Source: Thermoplasmata archaeon (GTDB lineage: Archaea > Thermoplasmatota > Thermoplasmata > Lutacidiplasmatales > UBA184). From it: a stretch of 35,603 bases of DNA. Of the stretch, positions 26,088 to 33,775 are shown one piece after another. Under the pieces are notes generated by a model, which was given only the letters and a program-made list of their open reading frames with translations, had not been told where the DNA came from and ran no database searches. A program made the position numbers and the translations under genes. The first letter of the stretch is position 1; each line of letters starts with the position of its first letter. The stretch spans positions 1-35,603 of the forward strand of contig JASHQY010000051.1 in assembly GCA_030038885.1 (NCBI GenBank), read 5' to 3'.

Positions 26088-26139
26088 ATATAAGCGCTTT
26101 GTCTGTGAACTCACTACATATGGTATTCACTATGTGAAG
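26088..26139 (-). promoter_or_regulatory. ZIP promoter (TTATAT on the minus strand) plus an adjacent AT-rich operator-like cluster of GTGAA/TTCAC half-sites
   Basis: GTGAAC TCACTACATATGGTA TTCAC TAT GTGAA. It includes the palindrome TTCAC-N3-GTGAA (26126-26138) and the direct repeat TCACTA (26111 and 26127). Confidence 0.4.
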
Positions 26140-26431
26140 GCCCGACACACCCGGGCCCACGAGATCGCTCGAATGGTGGGAAGGACCGACCTCTCGGGCT
26201 CGCGAAGGCGAGCCCGTGCAACGGCCCGATCGCGAGCGAGTTCGTTCGCCTCACGGATCCCGCTGAACCCCCAGGACAGCATCCCGATCGCCGGTGCCCG
26301 CGCTTGGTGCGAGTCCCTGGGTCGCGACCCGCCGGCGGGGCGTGCATCCGAGCCGCTCCGCGGAGCTGAGACCTTACCACGACGCGTCGTATCGGAGAAG
26401 CGGAGCCCTGCGCGCCGAGCGCGACGCCCCG

Positions 26432-27739
26432 CTACCGCCGTCGTCGAAGCGAGCTTCGGCGTGGCCTCGGCCGGTGGCGGCGTGCCGAGTCAGCGTCCGT
26501 CGCCGGAGAGCCGAGCGGCAGTTCCTCCCCCAGCTCGTCGAGCAGACGGGCCGCGAACTCCGCCTTGGGAGCGCGGATCCAGTGCGGCGCGCTGTGGGGG
26601 GGGAGCACGAGCGCGTCGGTGGACGGGGCGCCCATCGTCCGCGCGTCGTTCGCGACGATCCAGTCGGCGTGGCTCTCCTCCCGCAGCCGACGCCCCTCCT
26701 CCTCCAGCCGCTCGGCGTCCTCCCCCGCGAGGAGCTTGAACGCGACCAGCCGGGTCGGGGACGGAGCGAGGCGGCGCAGCACCGGAAGCACCTTCGGGGC
26801 CCGGTGGAGCGTGAGCGAGATCGGACCCTCGCCGCGGGAGGGGATCTTGCCCGGCTGCGCGTCGATCGTGAAGTCGGAGAGCGCAGCCGGGACAAGGACC
26901 GCCGCCGCTCGGGCGAGGCGGCCCTTCTCGCGATTCGCCAGCGCGATCAGGTCCCGGACGCCCCGCCACGGAGTCGGACTCAGGAACGGAGGCACAGGAA
27001 CCTGCAGCGCTCCCGCCCAGAGTTCGACCTCCGCCCCCCGGTAGAACGCCTGCGTCGCGAGCGCGACGGCGGTGGCGCCCGAGCTCTCGTTCGTGAGCGC
27101 CCGCACGGAGTCGACCGATTCGCGGGCGGCTCCCCCGATCACGACGACCCGACGGTCTCTCCAGGGACCGGGCGCGAGGCGGTGGAGCACCGCGGCGGCA
27201 ACCTCCTCCGGAGTGGCGATCTTCTCCTCCCCCTCCGCCGAGACGCCCGAGATCACGCCGACCCCCCACGAGCGCAGCCGCTCGAGGCTCTCCCGCACCG
27301 CCGGGTTCTGCCCCATGTGCGTGTGCATCGCCGGGGCGATCAGCAGGGGAACGTGACCCCCCAGGGCGACCGAGGCGAACGACGTCACCGGTGTGTCGTC
27401 GATCCCGTGGGCGATCTTCGAGATCGTGTTCGCCGTCGCCGGAGCGACGAGGTACAGGTCCGCCTGCCCCTCGCCCGGCCCCAGCAACGTGACGTGCTCC
27501 ACGTTGCCCGTCAGCTGGAGGACCGGCGGGTGGCCGGTCGCGAACTCGAGGGCTTCGGCGCTGACGATCCGTGTCGCTTCCGAGCTCATCACGGCCCGGA
27601 CGTCGGCACCGTGACGGATCAGCTCCCGAATGATCTTCGGAACCTCCACGGCGGCGATCGAGCCGGAGACGCCGACGAGGATGTGGCGCCCGGCCAAGAG
27701 CTGGGTCGTCCGCCCGCGGATCACGTGGCTCGGATGCAT
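26432..27739 (-). CDS. coaBC: bifunctional phosphopantothenoylcysteine decarboxylase / phosphopantothenate-cysteine ligase
   Basis: 435 aa. Flavoprotein N-domain ILVGVSGSIAAVEVPKIIRELIRHGADVRAVMS and PAMHTHM, followed by a ligase domain with NESSGATAVALA. Confidence 0.88.
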   Translation of the reverse strand: MHPSHVIRGRTTQLLAGRHILVGVSGSIAAVEVPKIIRELIRHGADVRAVMSSEATRIVSAEALEFATGHPPVLQLTGNVEHVTLLGPGEGQADLYLVAPATANTISKIAHGIDDTPVTSFASVALGGHVPLLIAPAMHTHMGQNPAVRESLERLRSWGVGVISGVSAEGEEKIATPEEVAAAVLHRLAPGPWRDRRVVVIGGAARESVDSVRALTNESSGATAVALATQAFYRGAEVELWAGALQVPVPPFLSPTPWRGVRDLIALANREKGRLARAAAVLVPAALSDFTIDAQPGKIPSRGEGPISLTLHRAPKVLPVLRRLAPSPTRLVAFKLLAGEDAERLEEEGRRLREESHADWIVANDARTMGAPSTDALVLPPHSAPHWIRAPKAEFAARLLDELGEELPLGSPATDADSARRHRPRPRRSSLRRRR

Positions 27740-27840
27740 GCGCTCCCCTCGCGGTATCGATTCCTCTAGGACGTGCTCGGGGTATTAGGGGACCGCGGGG
27801 CGCTCCTCGACTTAAAGTGTCCTGGCCTCTCGCCCCACCG

Positions 27841-28719
27841 ATGTCCCGGTCCCGCTCCCAAGGAGGCCAAGCGGAGCACTCACCGGCGGCCGCGGAAGAC
27901 GCGCCGTTGGAAGGCTTGGAGCTCCCGATGGTGTCGTCGACCAGCCAGTTCGCCGAGGTCGGCCGCGGCGTCGGCCGACCGAAGACCCCGGTCGCCCCCA
28001 CCCAGGTCGAACGCGGGGTCGTGGTCTTCGACCTCGACGGAACGATCCTGGACGACCTCGGCCTCATCAGCGCGGTCGCCGCGGACGTGATGTTCCAGGC
28101 GTTCGGCACCCCCGAGGACGAGGGCCGGATCCACTACCTGGCGACCACGGGAATGCCGTTCGAGGCCCAGCTCGCGCAGCTGTACCCCACGGCTCCCCCG
28201 GCCCTGCGGGCCGCGACCGCCCGCACGTTCCACCAGCGGAAGGTCACGGAGGCCTACTCCAAGGCGAAGCCGTTCCCGGAGGTGCCGAAGCTCCTGAAGC
28301 GCCTCGGTTCGCACCGTTGGACGCTCGTGGTCTCCACCGGCTCGGAGACCGAGATGGCGGAGCTGCTGCTCGAGCGGGAGGGCCTGCGCTACTGGTTCGA
28401 GGAGGTTCTGGGCTCGGCCGAGGGGACCAAGCGGGAGCACTTGGCCGAGTACCGGCGTCGATACCCTGGAGTCCCGATGTTCCTGGTCGGCGATTCGCGC
28501 TTCGACATGGAGGCCGCCCAGTCGGTACCGGGCGTCGCGCCGCTCGGGCGCGCCTCGGCCCTTCCCGGGTGGGGCCTCACCCCCCTCGACCTTCAAAAGT
28601 GGGGCGCCCGTTGGGCGGATTACACGCTCGCCGCTCTACCCGAGGTGCTCTCCAAACTAGAACGCCCGACCTCGCCGTCCAAGGAAGTCGGCTCGCGCAA
28701 GGGGCGCCCAAAGAGGTAG
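27841..28719 (+). CDS. HAD-superfamily hydrolase (phosphatase-like)
   Basis: Contains VVVFDLDGTILDD (motif I), VVSTGSE (motif II) and LVGDSRFDMEAA (motif IV). The ORF opens at GTG 27817, but that codon overlaps the TTAAAG box (27812-27817), so ATG 27841 is preferred. ATG 27928 is also possible. Confidence 0.75.
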   Translation: MSRSRSQGGQAEHSPAAAEDAPLEGLELPMVSSTSQFAEVGRGVGRPKTPVAPTQVERGVVVFDLDGTILDDLGLISAVAADVMFQAFGTPEDEGRIHYLATTGMPFEAQLAQLYPTAPPALRAATARTFHQRKVTEAYSKAKPFPEVPKLLKRLGSHRWTLVVSTGSETEMAELLLEREGLRYWFEEVLGSAEGTKREHLAEYRRRYPGVPMFLVGDSRFDMEAAQSVPGVAPLGRASALPGWGLTPLDLQKWGARWADYTLAALPEVLSKLERPTSPSKEVGSRKGRPKR

Positions 28720-28852
28720 GGGCCGGGACCGAGAGTCTCAGGGCACGGGGGAGAGCCCCGCGCCGCTTTGAACCCGGGTCGAGGGATCCACAGTCCCCCA
28801 GGATAGGCCAAGCTACCCCATCCCGGCCACGAGGCACACAGGAGGGGGCGGG

Positions 28853-28877
28853 GAGAAAAGGTTTGGCTCGCTTTTTC
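28853..28877 (+). terminator. weak hairpin (GAAAAG/CTTTTTC) ending in a T5 tract; possible archaeal oligo-T terminator downstream of the HAD gene
   Basis: This is the only oligo-T run in the 365-nt gap. Archaeal termination commonly uses T-tracts. Confidence 0.25.
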
Positions 28878-29117
28878 CGCCTCGCGAGCGCGAATTCCCA
28901 TCTTCCAATGGGGATACCGCCGGCACCCAGTCCACAGCATCAACCGGGACAAGTGTCGTGAGAACCGACGACGCGCATGAGGGTCCCCTTGGATGCTCTC
29001 GCAAACATGCCTGCCGTGGCAAACCCATTCGTGCCGCCATGCCTCTGGAAGTGGACCCTTTTATACTAGAACCATGGTGTATACATGCGCATCGAACCCC
29101 TCGGTGCTGAGGTTGGA

Positions 29118-29681
29118 ATGGGAACAAAGCTTCGACGGAGGAGCGTCTATCTGGCAACGGGAGTGGCCATCCTCGCAATGGTCGCGGGGTTCGCGATGGC
29201 GACAGGCGCATTCTTGCCGTTTGGGACTACCACGGTCAACGGGAATCAGGGTGCGATATCTACGGGCGACACCATCTACAGTCCGGGCATCTCGGGAAGC
29301 CTACTCACGGTCGGTACTCCGACGGACTGCGGGCAAACCGGAGACTCACCGGGTGTTCTTTCGGCGGAAGTCGCCACCGCATGGGTAGCGGGCGGGTCGT
29401 CTGGAACGTGTGGCGGGGGCCTCGACTACGCACTCCTGCTGAATTTTACCAGCACATCGACGCTCAGCACCGGAACGTTCGTAGACTCGTTCACGATTTC
29501 GTCGGAGTTCGGTGGCGCGACGTCGTTCACAACGGAAGTCGTTTCCATCAAGTGTATCATTCCGACTGGTGTCTCGGACGTGGGGAGTTGCCAAGCAGAC
29601 ATTTACATCGATTCGGGCACTCCGACCACTGCAGCGCAACCGTCGGTCGGGCCGATCGACGTGTCGGTCACCGGAGCATAG
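29118..29681 (+). CDS. hypothetical secreted Thr/Ser/Gly-rich protein with four Cys
   Basis: ATG 29118 is preceded by GAGGT at 5-nt spacing; the ORF opens at 29085. N-terminus MGTKLRRRSVYLATGVAILAMVAGFAMA-TGAF has a basic RR n-region, a hydrophobic core and an AxA site. A TTTTATA box lies near 29058-29064. Confidence 0.5.
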   Translation: MGTKLRRRSVYLATGVAILAMVAGFAMATGAFLPFGTTTVNGNQGAISTGDTIYSPGISGSLLTVGTPTDCGQTGDSPGVLSAEVATAWVAGGSSGTCGGGLDYALLLNFTSTSTLSTGTFVDSFTISSEFGGATSFTTEVVSIKCIIPTGVSDVGSCQADIYIDSGTPTTAAQPSVGPIDVSVTGA

Positions 29682-29902
29682 ACGCCGACAAGGTAGTGCC
29701 CCAAAACCCCTTCCCCGATTCCGGTTTGGTCTCGGAGGTTTCGGGATTGCGACAGGACTGAGCGAGCGACCACATTTCGCCAAAGTTCCCCGAACCGCAG
29801 AAGGCAACTAAAGACTCGCAAATCACCGGTCGGCTGGTGGGGCAAAGGTTCTATTCCTGTTGAGAGGCTCTATTCCTCGGAGTTGGGCGCGACTTACGTT
29901 CC

Positions 29903-30481
29903 ATGGAGAACGCGGTCACTACCACCAGTGACTCGGATCCTTCGCTTCGCGGGACATTACCGCTCCTGGTCCTGACCGCATTGCTTTTCTCCGGTGCGGC
30001 TGTCCTCCGTTGGCAGTCACCTCGGCTAGGTCCGGACAACTTCCCGCTGTGGGGGCTTCTCCTCACGCTTGGGTCCGTGGGGGCTATCGGTTCGATCGTT
30101 TCGCTGTTCTTTGCGGCTGAGGATCGGCGAGACCTGGAGGCCACGGTGGGCCGCCCGGCCGCGGGGCCGCTCGATCCGGTTCGCCCGGACCGAAGCAGTT
30201 TCGGACGACCGCCTCCCACTCCCGATTTCCGTGCGAGCCCCGGGGCCTCCGCGGCCGGCAGTCCGTCGGTCTCCAATTCCCCCGACGCCGATGAGGCCGA
30301 ACCCTGGAACGAAGATGTCCTCCCCCAAGTCCGTGTGCGAGGCCCACGCCCCGTGCTGACCACTCCCGACGACCCTGGGGAGATTGGCCGCGCCCTCGAG
30401 GAGATCGAGGAGATCCAGCGGCAGCTCGTCAGTCGCACGGCCCCCCGTGCGACCGCCGGGGACGCGCCGGCGCGCGCTTAA
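29903..30481 (+). CDS. hypothetical membrane protein with two transmembrane helices, a Pro/Ser-rich disordered region and a C-terminal amphipathic helix
   Basis: 192-aa ORF with hydrophobic segments LPLLVLTALLFSGAAVL and LWGLLLTLGSVGAIGSIVSLFFA, a low-complexity linker and then EIGRALEEIEEIQRQLV. Confidence 0.45.
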   Translation: MENAVTTTSDSDPSLRGTLPLLVLTALLFSGAAVLRWQSPRLGPDNFPLWGLLLTLGSVGAIGSIVSLFFAAEDRRDLEATVGRPAAGPLDPVRPDRSSFGRPPPTPDFRASPGASAAGSPSVSNSPDADEAEPWNEDVLPQVRVRGPRPVLTTPDDPGEIGRALEEIEEIQRQLVSRTAPRATAGDAPARA

Positions 30482-30505
30482 GACCCTCCCGACGGTGGGC
30501 AGGCC

Positions 30506-31084
30506 ATGGACCTCCAGCCTCTGGGCTCGGTCGACGCGACGTCACTGCGGTGGTTGCGCACGGCCGAGAAGCCGATCGCCTTCGACCTCCTGGCGGGCGA
30601 CCGACCCCTCGCCACGCTGCGCTGGAGGACCGGCACCGGCACGCTCGCGCTGGCCCGCGCGGCGAGCGCGTCGTGGACCCTGAAGCGGGTCGGTTTCCTG
30701 AACCCCCGGGTGACCCTGCGCGCCGAAGGCTCGACGGCCGACCTCGCGCGATTGACGGTGCACCTCAACTATCACCGCATCGAGGTCCCGGGGGGAACCG
30801 CCTACCGGTTCCACCGGGCAGGGGTGCTCCTGCCCGCGTGGAAGGTCACTGAGGAGTCCGGCCGGGAGGTGCTGCACGTCGAACCGGTGCGGGACGGCCG
30901 GAAGCTCGTCGGCGGGGCGGTCATCGCGCCGGCCTTCGCGCCGGCCCTCGAGGCATTCCTCCCGCTCGTCCTGGTCAGCTGGTACTTCATCACGCTCGCC
31001 TGGTTCGAGGACGAGACGCTCGCGACCCTGGAGGGATCGGACGCCCCGACCCCGGCCTCCGCGCCGCCCGGGCGGTCGGGCTAG
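30506..31084 (+). CDS. hypothetical protein, beta-rich with a C-terminal hydrophobic helix
   Basis: 192-aa ORF 24 nt downstream of the previous gene with a GGTGGG ribosome-binding site. Alternating-pattern strands are followed by LEAFLPLVLVSWYFITLAWF. Confidence 0.5.
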   Translation: MDLQPLGSVDATSLRWLRTAEKPIAFDLLAGDRPLATLRWRTGTGTLALARAASASWTLKRVGFLNPRVTLRAEGSTADLARLTVHLNYHRIEVPGGTAYRFHRAGVLLPAWKVTEESGREVLHVEPVRDGRKLVGGAVIAPAFAPALEAFLPLVLVSWYFITLAWFEDETLATLEGSDAPTPASAPPGRSG

Positions 31085-31230
31085 TCGCGCGAGACCGACT
31101 GCTTTTCGAGCTCCGCGAAGCAGGTCCCGCAGAGGTTGTGCATCCGCTCCCAGCCCTCGGCGGGGGCCTCCGTGATGCGGGAGATCACCTTGTGGCACGT
31201 GTCGCAGATGATCTGGCCGTCCTTCAGCAT
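31081..31230 (-). CDS. small zinc-ribbon protein (49 aa)
   Basis: MLKDGQIICDTCHKVISRI...HNLCGTCFAELEK has the CxxC-x24-CxxC pattern. It starts 26 nt downstream of the esterase stop, with GGAG 5 nt before the ATG. It is the tail of track ORF 31081-32364. Confidence 0.45.
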   Translation of the reverse strand: MLKDGQIICDTCHKVISRITEAPAEGWERMHNLCGTCFAELEKQSVSRD

Positions 31231-31256
31231 CGCGCTCCGGGGGAGCGCTGGGGGTA

Positions 31257-32342
31257 CTAAAGCGAGGAGGCGCCCGCGCGCTCGGCCGGGAACCCGAGCG
31301 CCGAGAGGAGGCGGGGGATCATCACGTCGTAGCGGGGGCCCTTGTCGAAGTGCCCGCCCGGAAACTCCTCGAACTCGACGTGGGCGCCCTGGGCGCGCGC
31401 GGCCGCCGCGAAGATCCGGGCGCTGACGTCGAGGCCGAACTCGTCCTCGGCCCCGCCGTCGACGAAGAGGTAGGTCAACCGGCGCGCCGCGTCCGCGTAG
31501 CGTGGGGTCGCGACCATCCGCACGGGGTCCCACGCGAGCCAGCGCGCCCACACGTCGTCGCGGATCGCCCCGGTCTCGAGGTCGAACGGGAGATCGAACC
31601 GGCCCGGTTCCGACTCGATCGGGGCGTAGCACGAGGAGTACGCGAGGGTCGAGAGCGCCTTCGCGACGGGATTGGACGGGCCGAAATGCGGTGGAGGGTG
31701 CTGGAAGACCATGCGCAGGAACGCTTCCGGTCCCCCTGCCTTGCGGAGCTGGCGGTACGCGTCGGGAAAGTCCGGCGGGTAGCAGTACTCGAAGTACGCA
31801 TCGCCCGCGTCCGATCCGAGCGCCCGAAAGAGCTCGGGGTGCCGCAGCGCGAGGACGAACGCCCCGTAGCCCCCGCTCGAGGTGCCGAGCACCGCGGTGG
31901 GTCCGGTCCCGTAGCGGTTCCGCACCCACGGGACGATCTCCTCGACGACGTAGTCCTCGTAGCGACCGGTGGCCGTCGAATTGAGGTACTGGCTGCCGCC
32001 GAGCGTCGTGAGGCAGTCGGGGCCGACCATCACCGCCTCGGCGGCCTTGCCGGTCCGGATCAACCGGTCGAGCCGGCCGACGAGGGAGTCCTCGAGGTAC
32101 CGCCCGCGCTCGAAGTGGGCCCAGCCCGATCCCGTGTAGCCGCTGAGCAGGACGAGGAGCGGACGACCCCGGGTCTCGCCCGAGGGTGGGAGGTAGACCG
32201 GAAGCGCCCGGTCGGTCGGGTCCCCCCACGGGTTGCCCTGGAGCACCCGGCTCTCGTGGCGGTGCGCTTCGACCGTACCGGCGAGCGGTCCGGGGAAGAT
32301 CTCTTCGCTCCGCGCTTCGATCGGCACCCGCCACGACGACAC
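31257..32342 (-). CDS. putative esterase (esterase D / enterochelin-esterase-like alpha/beta hydrolase)
   Basis: 361 aa with PVYLPPSG...PLLVLLSGYTGSG, VLGTSSGGYGAF (GxSxG nucleophile elbow) and FPGGH near the C-terminus. Confidence 0.75.
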   Translation of the reverse strand: MSSWRVPIEARSEEIFPGPLAGTVEAHRHESRVLQGNPWGDPTDRALPVYLPPSGETRGRPLLVLLSGYTGSGWAHFERGRYLEDSLVGRLDRLIRTGKAAEAVMVGPDCLTTLGGSQYLNSTATGRYEDYVVEEIVPWVRNRYGTGPTAVLGTSSGGYGAFVLALRHPELFRALGSDAGDAYFEYCYPPDFPDAYRQLRKAGGPEAFLRMVFQHPPPHFGPSNPVAKALSTLAYSSCYAPIESEPGRFDLPFDLETGAIRDDVWARWLAWDPVRMVATPRYADAARRLTYLFVDGGAEDEFGLDVSARIFAAAARAQGAHVEFEEFPGGHFDKGPRYDVMIPRLLSALGFPAERAGASSL

Positions 32343-32512
32343 GCGCGCCCTCCGCGCTCGGCACGCACCGGAGCCTCTTGAAACGTCGCGTGCCGAGGCG
32401 CGGGCTCGGGCGCCGCTCGCGGCCGCCGGGACCCGTGCCGCGCGCGGACGCGGGCCCTCGGGGGTCTCGACGCTTTTAAGCCGGCGGCGCCGTCGGAAGG
32501 CCCGAGGAAGGG

Positions 32513-32842
32513 ATGGAGCGCCTCGAGCCCGACGCCTTCGAGGGAAACCGACTGCGCCGCCCGGGGACGTGGGCGGTGGGTTTCCTCGCGAACTGGTGCC
32601 CCTTCTGTCGGGCGTTCTCTCCCAAGCTCGAGGCGCTGTCGAAGAGCGGGCCGTACCACGTCGCGTTCGCCGACGTCTCGGACGAGCGGAGCCCGCTCTG
32701 GGACGTCTTCGGCATCGACGTGGTCCCGACCGTCGTGGTCTTCCGCGACGGGGCCGCGATCTTCCGCCGGGACGGCCGGCTGGGCCGAGGGCTGTCCGAC
32801 GGCGACTTCAACGCGATCCACGACGTGATCGCGCGGTCCTGA
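32513..32842 (+). CDS. thioredoxin-fold protein (WCPFC active site)
   Basis: 109 aa with FLANWCPFCRAF and VVPTVVVF (cis-Pro loop). A TTTTAAG box at 32474-32480 and a GAGGAAGG ribosome-binding site lie upstream. Confidence 0.75.
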   Translation: MERLEPDAFEGNRLRRPGTWAVGFLANWCPFCRAFSPKLEALSKSGPYHVAFADVSDERSPLWDVFGIDVVPTVVVFRDGAAIFRRDGRLGRGLSDGDFNAIHDVIARS

Positions 32843-32931
32843 CCCACCGACGCCGTGCCGCCCCGCGGCCGCGCCGCGGAGGCTCGCCGGGCCGCGGCAT
32901 CGCTTTAGACCCTCACCGGCTCGGCTCGGGC

Positions 32932-33762
32932 GTGCCGAACGAGGGGACGGCTCCGCACGCCGACGCGAAGCCGGTGGCGCTGATCACGGGAGGGGGCACC
33001 GGGATCGGCCGCGCGATCGGCGTCGCGCTCGCGCGGGACGGGTTCAACCTCGCGATCGCGAGCCGCTCCGCGGCGCACCTCGCCGAGGGCGCCGGCGAGC
33101 TGCGGGGCCAGGGCGCCCGGGTCCTCGAGGTGCCGACGGACGTCCGGGTGCCCGAGCAGGTCGACCACCTCCTCGAAGCGGTGCGGAAGGAGTACGGACG
33201 GCTCGACGTCCTCGTGAACAACGCCGCCGGGAACTTCCTCGCGCCGGCCGAGCAGATCACGCCGAACGGGTGGCGGGCCGTCGTCGGGATCGTCCTCGAC
33301 GGGACGTTCTTCTGCTCCCGGTCGGCCCTTCCGCTCCTGCGCGAGTCGCCGAGCCCGTCGATCGTGAACATCGTCGCGTCCTACGCGTGGATGGCGGGGC
33401 CGGGCACCGCGCACTCGGCCTCCGCGAAGGCCGGGGTGCTTGCGCTCACCCGGACCCTCGCCGTGGAGTGGGCGCGCTACGGGGTCCGCGTGAACGCCGT
33501 GGCCCCGGGACCGGTGCGCACCGACGGGACCGACCGGCAGCTGTGGGTCTCGGACGCCGTGATCGAGGGGGTCCGTCGCGGCGTTCCGCTCGGGCGGTTC
33601 GGCACCCCTGAGGAGATCGCCGAGAGCGTCCGGTTCCTCGTCAGTCCGAAGGCGAGCTACATCACGGGCCAGGTGATCGCGGTCGACGGCGGTCAGTGGC
33701 TCGGGAAGGGGGTCATGGACCTGCTCGATTCCACCGTTCCCGCCGGCGCGAAGCCGCGGTGA
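32932..33762 (+). CDS. short-chain dehydrogenase/reductase (2,4-dienoyl-CoA reductase-like)
   Basis: GTG start 23 nt after a TTTAGA box, so probably leaderless. Contains ALITGGGTGIGRA, NNAAGNF, the active site SASKAGV and ITGQVIAVDGG. Confidence 0.85.
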   Translation: MPNEGTAPHADAKPVALITGGGTGIGRAIGVALARDGFNLAIASRSAAHLAEGAGELRGQGARVLEVPTDVRVPEQVDHLLEAVRKEYGRLDVLVNNAAGNFLAPAEQITPNGWRAVVGIVLDGTFFCSRSALPLLRESPSPSIVNIVASYAWMAGPGTAHSASAKAGVLALTRTLAVEWARYGVRVNAVAPGPVRTDGTDRQLWVSDAVIEGVRRGVPLGRFGTPEEIAESVRFLVSPKASYITGQVIAVDGGQWLGKGVMDLLDSTVPAGAKPR

Positions 33763-33775
33763 CCGCCGGCCCCCG

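Noticed and set aside
26055-26114. Extra 20-aa N-terminus (MSSQTKRLYRTADVGWRRRR) on the ZIP transporter ORF
   Set aside because: The only TATA-like box for this gene (26088-26093) lies inside the extension, and the hydrophobic protein body starts right at the second Met (26054).
26141-26431. Candidate SRP (7S) RNA or RNase P RNA, on the grounds of length and a GNAR-loop hairpin
   Set aside because: On neither strand could I find the SRP helix-8 signature (CCGGAAGG.AGCA), the RNase P CR-I signature (GAGGAAAGUCC) or pairing between the 5' and 3' ends. It is kept only as an unexplained structured spacer.
28720-29084. Possible tRNA, att site or small RNA in the lower-GC gap after the HAD gene
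   Set aside because: No cloverleaf could be assembled on either strand; the GGGTTCAAAG on the minus strand near 28770 lacks pairing stems. Only a weak hairpin plus a T5 tract could be supported.
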